Of a DNA stretch of 64,000 nt, positions 56,531-64,000 are shown in pieces (position 1 is the stretch's first letter; each line of letters begins with the position of its first letter). The stretch comes from Pedobacter sp. (lineage in GTDB: Bacteria > Desulfobacterota > Desulfuromonadia > Desulfuromonadales > Syntrophotaleaceae): positions 968,679-1,032,678 of the forward strand of contig JBFWJC010000001.1 in the NCBI GenBank assembly GCA_050253415.1, given 5' to 3'. Both the position numbers and the translations under genes were made by a program. Under the pieces are notes generated by a model. It made no database searches. It worked only from the letters and a program-made list of their open reading frames with translations, and was not told the origin of the DNA.

Positions 56531-58072
56531 TCAGCGCCCGAACCACTTCTTTTTACCGCTGAAAACCACCACTTGGTTGCGCCCTTTCTTTTTGGCCTGA
56601 AACAGCGCCTGGTCGGCGAACCCTATCATTTCGTTTTTAGTGTATGGATCCTCGGCCGGCGACATGGCGAACACCCCGAAACTCGCAGTGATACGGTGCC
56701 TTTCGTGCTCGTACTCAAAGGTGTGACGGGAGACCGCCAGACGGAGTTTTTCGGCCACCTTCTCGGCATCTTCAATGCCGGTCACCGGCAGCAGGATGGC
56801 AAATTCTTCTCCACCATAGCGCGCGAACAGATCGTACTCGCGCAATTCCTCTCGACACACATCGCAAAACTGGCGAAGCATCTCATCGCCGACCTGGTGA
56901 CCGAAGGTATCGTTGAGCTTTTTGAAATTATCGATGTCGGTCAGCACCAAGGCCAGGGAATGCGAGTGGCGCCGGGATCGTTTAATTTCCTTGTCGAGAA
57001 AGTTCTGGAAATAGCGGTGATTATAAGCCTGCGTCAGTCCGTCGAGGTTGGCCAGTAATTCAAGCTGGTGGTTCTTCTTTTCCAGCTCGGCGGTCAACAT
57101 TTCCAGCTTGACGGTTTTTTCCACCAACGCTCGATTCATTTCCTCGTAGCTGAGGTTCAGCACACTTAGCTCCGCATTGGCGATCTGCAGGATTTCGGTG
57201 ATGGATTTTTGCTCGTTTATCCTGAATTCAAAATAGTCGGCAGTCTGGTTCACTTCGGCATGAACGGTATCCAGCAGATCTGCCAGGAACCTGTCTTCAA
57301 GGTTGAGGAACTGCTGTGCCTGTGTATTGAAACGTGTCACGATCTCTTCGGGAGCCTTGCTGCGGAAGACTTTGGACAGCAACCCGGACAGGTAAACGAC
57401 TTGGCACAATCGTTTGATGTCGGGCTTGTCGCCATCATATCCGGTGGGATCGGCGTGGTAGCGCAGGGGCAGCACCAGGGCATCAGGGAAACCCCAGCTG
57501 CGTGTCACTTCACTGCCGATATAGGCATGATCGGCCCCGATCAAAGCGGTTTCGGCCTGGCACCGAGGCTGGCCTTCGTTTCCAATGGCTTGTTCAACCT
57601 GGAGGTATTTGTCGGGGAAGGCGCGGGCCAGAATCAGCACCCCCAGGTTCTGCAAGAGCCCGGCTACAAAGGCTTCTTCGGCAGCGTCCTTGTCGATTGC
57701 CGCCATCAGTTTGCGGGCCGCCACCGCCTCGGTCAGGGATTGCTCCCAGAAACGGGTATAGTCGAAACTGCCGTCATTGCTCCGACTGGGTTGCAGAAAG
57801 GAAAAAGACAGCACCAGGCTGCGTACCGCGTTGGTCCCCAGAATGGAAGCCGCCTGGTGAATGGTGACGATGGATTGGGGGAAGCTGTAAAAGGCCGAAT
57901 TGACCACCTTGAGGATTTTAGCCGAAAGGGAGATGTCCTTGGATACCAGCTCGGCGATATCGCTGATCGTAGTATCCTCCCTTGCTGTGATGCTGATCAG
58001 CCGCGACGCAACAGGAGAGAGAGTCGGCAGTACATCCGCCTGCAACACAGTCTTTAATACGGCCTCTTTCAT
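56531..58072 (-). CDS. HDOD-GGDEF diguanylate cyclase
   Basis: HDOD (LKVVNSAFY, DHAYIG, WGFP), coiled coil, DGLT, DIDNFKKLNDTFGH, I-site REYD and GGEEF. Confidence 0.93.
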   Translation of the reverse strand: MKEAVLKTVLQADVLPTLSPVASRLISITAREDTTISDIAELVSKDISLSAKILKVVNSAFYSFPQSIVTIHQAASILGTNAVRSLVLSFSFLQPSRSNDGSFDYTRFWEQSLTEAVAARKLMAAIDKDAAEEAFVAGLLQNLGVLILARAFPDKYLQVEQAIGNEGQPRCQAETALIGADHAYIGSEVTRSWGFPDALVLPLRYHADPTGYDGDKPDIKRLCQVVYLSGLLSKVFRSKAPEEIVTRFNTQAQQFLNLEDRFLADLLDTVHAEVNQTADYFEFRINEQKSITEILQIANAELSVLNLSYEEMNRALVEKTVKLEMLTAELEKKNHQLELLANLDGLTQAYNHRYFQNFLDKEIKRSRRHSHSLALVLTDIDNFKKLNDTFGHQVGDEMLRQFCDVCREELREYDLFARYGGEEFAILLPVTGIEDAEKVAEKLRLAVSRHTFEYEHERHRITASFGVFAMSPAEDPYTKNEMIGFADQALFQAKKKGRNQVVVFSGKKKWFGR

Positions 58073-58282
58073 AAAACATTCTCCAAGTGGGGCTACAAAC
58101 ACAGTCTTTGGTTTACTCGGCATATCGTTGAGATGAATTTTTAATTAATCCATAAAAGCAAGTTTATTTCAATGACTTTCTGGGATTTTTCGGGCCGAGC
58201 AGGGGGGCAGGGTAACTGATATGCAGGTCTGAAAACCGCGTATCTTTCGTGGTTGTAAAAGAGTTTTTATCCTCAATAAGGT

Positions 58283-59371
58283 CTACCGATTGCCGATGCG
58301 CAACACCGCCTTGATGGTGTCTCCGTGCCGAACATCGGCAATGGCTCGGTTGATCTCCGTAAAGTCGTAGAATTTTATCAGGCGATCAAAGGGGAATTGC
58401 CCGGTCCGGTAGAGGCGGATCATTTCGGGGATGAACTGCCGGGGTGCCGCGTCGCCTTGAATAACACTCACATGGCGGCGGCCTTGCATGGCCTTCGGCA
58501 TGGCGCCTCCGGCCAGAAAGGCGGCACGGCCGCGCGGTTTCAGCACTCTGGCGGCCAGCCGTCCCAGGTTGCGGTCACCGGTGGTGTCCACCAGACAGTC
58601 GAGGCCTTCTGCAAGCTGCGCGGCAAGGTCGTCCTGGCGGCTGTCGAGCACGCCGGTTGCCCCCAGCTCCAGAGCCAGGCACAGACGGGCCGGATGCCGA
58701 TCCACGGCGATGATCCGTTCGGCACCGGCAATGCGGGCCGCCATGACCGCCGCCAGCCCCACGCTGCCGCTGCCGAAGATGGCGACGGACTCACCCGGCG
58801 TCACCGCCAGGGAATGCAGGATTGTTCCGGCGCCGGTCTGCAGGCCGCAGCCCAGAGGCGCCAGCAGGGGCAGCGGCAGATCGGGGGGGACCGGTACCAG
58901 ATTGCGTGCACAGACCAGCGCATGGCTGGCGAAAGACGACTGGCCGAAAAAATGACCACGTGCGCCGCTGCCCTGCAGGGCATTGCTGCCGTCCAGACGC
59001 TGGAAGTTGAAATTGAGTTTGAAAAAATGCGTGCAGGCAAACGGCCGCCCCTCGCCGCACGATGCACACTCTCCGCAGAATGCGTAGGACAATATCACCG
59101 GGTCGCCAGGACTGATCCCCGTGACATCCCGCCCGATTTCTTCCACCACCCCGGCACCTTCGTGTCCGAGCACCACCGGACCCATGGTTTCATCCCAGCA
59201 GTCCAGCATGTCGATATCGGTGTGACAGATGCCCGAGGCCGCCAGCCGTACCAGCACCTCGTCATGCCGCGGCCCCTGCATCGACAGAGGTTCGATAATC
59301 AGAGGGCCTCCCTGGTTTCGGAGTACGGCGGCCCTGATGGTATGCGGTCGGGAACGGCCCTGGTTGTTCAT
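58283..59371 (-). CDS. Zn-dependent NAD(P) alcohol dehydrogenase (aryl-alcohol DH-like)
   Basis: GICHTD, LGHEGAG, CGECASC...C, FFGQSSFA, PLGCGLQTGAG and GSGSVG. Confidence 0.9.
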   Translation of the reverse strand: MNNQGRSRPHTIRAAVLRNQGGPLIIEPLSMQGPRHDEVLVRLAASGICHTDIDMLDCWDETMGPVVLGHEGAGVVEEIGRDVTGISPGDPVILSYAFCGECASCGEGRPFACTHFFKLNFNFQRLDGSNALQGSGARGHFFGQSSFASHALVCARNLVPVPPDLPLPLLAPLGCGLQTGAGTILHSLAVTPGESVAIFGSGSVGLAAVMAARIAGAERIIAVDRHPARLCLALELGATGVLDSRQDDLAAQLAEGLDCLVDTTGDRNLGRLAARVLKPRGRAAFLAGGAMPKAMQGRRHVSVIQGDAAPRQFIPEMIRLYRTGQFPFDRLIKFYDFTEINRAIADVRHGDTIKAVLRIGNR

Positions 59372-59376
59372 GGCGG

Positions 59377-62300
59377 CTATTTGATACCAAAGGTGACGCG
59401 GTGCCCCTCCCCGGGTACTTTGGGCGCTTCGACGCTGATGCGGCTTTCCAGTTCCGGCTGCACGGCGATGAAAGCCTCTCTCAGATGACGGGCCCGTTCC
59501 AGTGCAAGTTGTTCAAGGGCATTGTCGTCCTTGGGATAGTGTTGACGGATGGCCTCCATCATTTCCTGCGGCGGCAATTTCCGGATCATGCCTATGAAGT
59601 TTTTCGGCTTGTCAAAAGGTTGTTCGGCATACACATCAAACAGTAGATCCGCGTATTCATCGGCATCCACCTCGGGGCTGATCTGCAGTTCCTGCGGTTT
59701 GATCCGGTCGCGCTCTTGCCTGGGCAGGTCGGCATGCTTGATCTCTTGCATGCGTCGTAGCGCATAGGCATCCGCCAGCATTGCACGATCTTCCTCATCG
59801 GCCTGGGGGATGAGCACCAGATTGATTTTGGGGCGAGACATCAGCATGTCGGCTACGGTTTCTACCGTCTTGAGATCTTGGTCAGGAAGGCGTCCTTCCC
59901 CCGGATCAAAAGCGATGTATTCGAGCCCTTGTTCTCCGCTCCCCATGATCCCGCCGAGAAACATGAAGGGCGAGGCCACCGCTTTTATAAGCAGATTGGC
60001 GATGACCTTGAACACCAGGCCGCCGACGCTGAAACTCGGGTCGTCCAGATCGCCGCGCACCGGCAGAGTGAGGTTGATGTTGCCGGCGGTATCCTGCAGC
60101 AGGCTTACCCCCAGCTTGACAGGTAAATTGGGGGCATCGGGAGATTTTATCTTGTCCCCCAATTCCAGGCTGTCGAGTCTGATCTTGTGAGTGGAGTCAA
60201 GCTTGCCCCTGTCGATGGAGATCCTGCTGTCGAGAGAGAAGCTTCCCTGCTCCAGCGGATAGGCGATAAAACGCTCGGATATGGGGGAAATCCGCGTCAG
60301 ATCCAGAGTCTTGAGGCTGGCCTGTAATTCGGCGGCGACATCCGCATGCAGGGGGTTCATGGTCCCTTCCCCCTTGATCGGAGCATCATTCAGCTCGCCT
60401 GAGAAAACAATTCTGGATTGTCTTTCCGGGGTGTTACGCAACTCCCCGACGGTAACCTTCAGTTTTTCAAGGCGGTTGGTTACGGCGGGTTTGTAGCGCC
60501 GGTCGCGCATCACCATGGTGCCATTGATGATCTCCACGCCACCGATACGCAGATACGGGGTGGAAGCTGTTTTGTTTTTTTTCACGGTTTGAGAACGAGC
60601 CGCAGGTGGTTTCGTTGTTGTGGTGGGCTGTTTACCGAGCAGCCTTGCCAGGTTGTTGGTTCCGTCGTTGCTCACGATCAGGTTGATATTCGGGCGAGTC
60701 AGTGTCACTTTGCCCGCGCTATAGCGCTGTCGGGCTGTATTGATATCGAGATCCCGAATGCGCAGGGTGCGTATCGCGGCAAACTCTTGTTTGCCGTCGA
60801 GCACCGATAAGGACTCAAGAGAGGCCTGCCCGCGGATCCTCAGCCGGTTTTTAGCGGTGTCTTTCAGGTCGGTCTGCAGCGCCAGGGTCAGGGTACCGGC
60901 GCCAAGCCGCAACGCCGGGTTGACCTGTCCTAACAGGGGGGAAAACGGTTTGAGATTGAGTCTGGTTGTGCGAACGCTCAGGTTCATGGCAAGGGGGGTA
61001 AGGGTCCCCTTGCCGTCGATGCGCAGGGTTCCCCCTTGTTTTTCCTGTCCGCTAAGGTCGATGTTCAGGGGCGGATTGACTGCCGAGTCGTAGCCGGTCA
61101 CACTGCCGCTCAGATTCTGAAAAGTCGCGTTCGAGGTTTCCCTCGGGCCTTCCAGCCTGACGCTTACCTGTCCGTTCGCAAGCTTCAACTCCGCCAGCTG
61201 CGTCTGCCAGGGCTTGCCCGGTTTTGGCGCATCCGTCCCGGTACTTCGGGCCGCTGCGGAAGGACGCAGTTGTAAAAGATCGATGGTCCCCTTGCGGTCG
61301 CGGCGCAGGCGCAGGTTCGGCTGGTCCAGGAGCAGTTGTCGCACCTCCAGGCGATGCGCCGGGACATCGACGGTCAATCCAGCAAGCGCCAGGTTTCCCA
61401 TCTGGAAGAAGACTTTGCCGGTGTCGTTGCGCAGCAATGACAGCTCCTGCAGATGCGCTTCCCCCTGTTTAAAAAAGATCGCCAGCTCCTCTTGATTCTC
61501 AGCTATGTCCAGACGACCGGCGCCGGAGAATACGCCCTTTTGGAGCGTCACCGGAATGCCGCTGTCCGCCATATACGGTTGGAAATCGGCGATGGGCAGG
61601 TCATCGAGGCGCAGTAGGATGTTTCCCTGCAGAGGGCTCGCCAGCAGCTTGCCTTCCAGGGAAAGGTGACCCGCGTCGTTGAGAGTCAGACTTGCCTTCA
61701 GCTCGGCGGGTTCGGTGCCGGGCAGGTCCAGATCGGTAAGGGTCAGAGCGATCTGTTCCGCCCGGGCCTGGAAACCGCTCTTGACTGTCCGGTCACGCCA
61801 CAGAACGCGAGCCTCGCGAAGCGTAAAGAGTTTCAGGTGCAGCGGCAGGTGGGGCTGCTGGTTTGCCGCCTGAGCCGGCTCTTGTTTGGCGGTGGTTTTT
61901 TTTAACCAGGTCTGCCAGTCGATGCGCCCGTCCTCGAGCCGTGCCAGATGGGCTTCCAGACCCTGCATATCCACCTTTTTAAGGGTCAACCCTTCAGGCG
62001 TGTTGAGGGATCCTTCCAGACCCACCGTCAGTCGTGGCAGCCGCAGCGCTTGATCGCCGTTTGGAGCCAGCACCTCGAGTTCGGTCAGGGTCAGTTGACC
62101 GCCAAGCCCCAGACGGATGCCGGTTTCAGGCTGTTGGCGCATGCTGAAGACCAGGTTTGTTTTTAATTGGCCGTTGTTGAGGGTGGCGCTGGTGAAGGGC
62201 TGTACATAGGGTTGAAAGCGTACCAGGTCCAGGTTGTCGAGGCGGATATCGAACTCGGTATGCAGTTGCTCGGCAAAGGGTGCCAATCGACCATCCACCC

Positions 62301-62976
62301 GCAGCAGTCGGTCGTTGATGACCGCTTTCAGGTAAGGGGTGATGGAGCGTTCCCGATGGCGTTTCAGGGTGGAGGTGAAGGGTGCGTAAAATTCCAGCTC
62401 CGCTACCGTATGTTCCGTTTCACGGATATCGTCGCGAAAATGAAGCAAGCCGCCGGAGATCTCCAGGTCGGTGAGCATCACTCCGAACAGGTTCCATTCC
62501 TGCTCCTCAGTAGCGGATTTATCCGGCTGTGGTTGCTGTGTGCCGTCAGGCGAAGCCTCCTGCGGCACCGGTGCCAGGTCGGCCAGGGAGAGGGTGCCAT
62601 CCTTGCGCAGCCGCATCTCGAGGTGCGGACTGGTTAACTTCAGGTCGCTTAAAACCGGCGCCAGGCGGTAGATGCCCGCCGGACTGACGCGCACCTCAAA
62701 GCGCTCCAGGTTGAAGCACTCCTCACCGTCGGGCAGCGGGATGCGCAGATTCTCCGCCGTCAAACGCAGGGTGAAGGGATTGAAACGTACTTTTTCCAGA
62801 GTACAGGTGCTGCCGAGTTTTGCGGAAAGCTGCTGCTCGGTCACATGGCGGATAATCGGCGGCAGGACCAGGCCGGCTGCCACGGCCCACAGGGCGATAA
62901 ATCCTGCTGTCCAGAGAGCGATGCGGCGCATGTTCTGTTTTTGTTTGGGAGTGAATACTGCGAGTCGATTTATCAT
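59377..62976 (-). CDS. DUF748 (AsmA-like) protein with a C-terminal OmpA-like region
   Basis: N-terminal TM, RFNPFTL, repeated beta-rich units, LPVKL..LLQD..G.I.L.LPV.GDL.DP.FS and LALERA. Confidence 0.85.
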   Translation of the reverse strand: MINRLAVFTPKQKQNMRRIALWTAGFIALWAVAAGLVLPPIIRHVTEQQLSAKLGSTCTLEKVRFNPFTLRLTAENLRIPLPDGEECFNLERFEVRVSPAGIYRLAPVLSDLKLTSPHLEMRLRKDGTLSLADLAPVPQEASPDGTQQPQPDKSATEEQEWNLFGVMLTDLEISGGLLHFRDDIRETEHTVAELEFYAPFTSTLKRHRERSITPYLKAVINDRLLRVDGRLAPFAEQLHTEFDIRLDNLDLVRFQPYVQPFTSATLNNGQLKTNLVFSMRQQPETGIRLGLGGQLTLTELEVLAPNGDQALRLPRLTVGLEGSLNTPEGLTLKKVDMQGLEAHLARLEDGRIDWQTWLKKTTAKQEPAQAANQQPHLPLHLKLFTLREARVLWRDRTVKSGFQARAEQIALTLTDLDLPGTEPAELKASLTLNDAGHLSLEGKLLASPLQGNILLRLDDLPIADFQPYMADSGIPVTLQKGVFSGAGRLDIAENQEELAIFFKQGEAHLQELSLLRNDTGKVFFQMGNLALAGLTVDVPAHRLEVRQLLLDQPNLRLRRDRKGTIDLLQLRPSAAARSTGTDAPKPGKPWQTQLAELKLANGQVSVRLEGPRETSNATFQNLSGSVTGYDSAVNPPLNIDLSGQEKQGGTLRIDGKGTLTPLAMNLSVRTTRLNLKPFSPLLGQVNPALRLGAGTLTLALQTDLKDTAKNRLRIRGQASLESLSVLDGKQEFAAIRTLRIRDLDINTARQRYSAGKVTLTRPNINLIVSNDGTNNLARLLGKQPTTTTKPPAARSQTVKKNKTASTPYLRIGGVEIINGTMVMRDRRYKPAVTNRLEKLKVTVGELRNTPERQSRIVFSGELNDAPIKGEGTMNPLHADVAAELQASLKTLDLTRISPISERFIAYPLEQGSFSLDSRISIDRGKLDSTHKIRLDSLELGDKIKSPDAPNLPVKLGVSLLQDTAGNINLTLPVRGDLDDPSFSVGGLVFKVIANLLIKAVASPFMFLGGIMGSGEQGLEYIAFDPGEGRLPDQDLKTVETVADMLMSRPKINLVLIPQADEEDRAMLADAYALRRMQEIKHADLPRQERDRIKPQELQISPEVDADEYADLLFDVYAEQPFDKPKNFIGMIRKLPPQEMMEAIRQHYPKDDNALEQLALERARHLREAFIAVQPELESRISVEAPKVPGEGHRVTFGIK

Positions 62977-63327
62977 ATCTTTATCCTTTTGGTGATATCG
63001 CACAGGATAGGTTGGAAACGCAGTTTAAGTCTATCGAAGAGATGTAACAGGGCAATGTTAAAAGGAGTGGAATCGGTAAGTAGAATGGGACCGGCCGGGA
63101 TACACTTAGTGTGACACGGGGTTGGAGATAACGACGAGACCGACGACCATAGTTGGCTGTCCTTATGCAAATGCAGCATTATTTTGCAGGTTCACCAAAA
63201 AAATAAAAAACTAACGCATGTAATAGCGATGTGTTACCCACGGTTGATACGCTTGCGATATATTTCCCGTAAACATCGGCACCCACGTCCTGCGAAAAGG
63301 TGCGAAAACGACACGGAGGTATAGTTA

Positions 63328-63894
63328 ATGGCAAAACGGATTCTAATAATTTGCGGTGATTTTGTCGAGGATTATGAAGTAATGGTGCCGTTTCAGGCGC
63401 TTCAGGCCATGGGCTATGAAGTGGATGCGGTTTGTCCGGATAAATCGGCGGGCGATAAGGTCGCCACCTGCATTCATGATTTTGAGGGACATCAGACTTA
63501 TACGGAGAAACCCGGACACAATTTCAGTCTGAATGCAGAATTTGCCTCGGCCCAAGCGGCGGACTATGATGGTTTGCTGATTCCCGGCGGGCGGGCTCCT
63601 GAATACCTGCGTTTGAATGAAAACGTACTGAATCTGGTACGCGATTTTTATGCCGCAGGCAAGCCGATCGCTGCGGTTTGCCACGGGCCGCAGATCTTGG
63701 CTGCCGCAGGTGTTCTCAAGGGACACAAGGTTGCCGCTTACCCGGCCTGCGCGCCGGAAGTGGTTCTTGCTCAGGCCGAATATGCGGACATCCCGCTGGA
63801 TGCGGCTTGCAGAGATGGAAATCTGGTTACGGCCCCGGCCTGGCCGGCCCACCCTGCGTGGCTGAAGGAGTTTGCAGCCATGCTGGAAGCTTGA
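63328..63894 (+). CDS. DJ-1/PfpI family protein
   Basis: [29 protein letters not shown] and AVCHG. Confidence 0.93.
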   Translation: MAKRILIICGDFVEDYEVMVPFQALQAMGYEVDAVCPDKSAGDKVATCIHDFEGHQTYTEKPGHNFSLNAEFASAQAADYDGLLIPGGRAPEYLRLNENVLNLVRDFYAAGKPIAAVCHGPQILAAAGVLKGHKVAAYPACAPEVVLAQAEYADIPLDAACRDGNLVTAPAWPAHPAWLKEFAAMLEA

Positions 63895-64000
63895 TCCGAA
63901 ATAAAATGGATAATCATTAACAGCGGGGTGGCATCTTTAAAAAGTATGGTATACACTGCCTCTTTAGTTGGTGTTAACCAAGGAGAGGGCATCATGTGTG

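Noticed and set aside
1..64000. CRISPR array, rRNA or tRNA genes
   Set aside because: No regularly spaced repeats or recognisable RNA gene signatures were seen by eye. A tRNAscan or CRISPR scan would be decisive.

Overview
GC-rich bacterial chromosomal window. Gene content and order (recO-glyQ-glyS-ppdK, yggT-divIVA-yggU, HDOD-GGDEF) suggest a Desulfuromonadales (Pelobacter/Syntrophotalea/Geobacter-like) genome; this is inference, not a database result. About 1-44 kb is mostly housekeeping: prfC, an MCP, asnS, trpS, lon, polA, a YdbH/YdbL-like envelope pair, mgtE, recO, glyQS, ppdK, nfi, a TPP-riboswitch-led thiF-thiS-thiG-thiH-thiE operon, DAHP synthase and xerC. About 44.7-64 kb is more accessory. 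The standout is a compact phosphonate locus at 50.2-56.2 kb. It encodes an ATP-grasp ligase, a D-2-hydroxyacid dehydrogenase and PEP mutase (EDKX5NS motif), followed by a membrane protein and a Fem/GNAT-like protein, with a divergent Amj-type lipid II flippase. No phosphonopyruvate decarboxylase is visible in the window. My hypothesis is that it makes phosphonolactate and ligates it onto a lipid-linked envelope precursor, possibly peptidoglycan. Features missing from the ORF track include a Trp-rich leader-peptide attenuator upstream of trpS, a 169-bp MITE-like element, two small ORFs with good ribosome-binding sites and a candidate structured RNA upstream of the MCP. All product calls come from recognising motifs by eye; no searches were run. 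No rRNA, tRNA or CRISPR array was seen.
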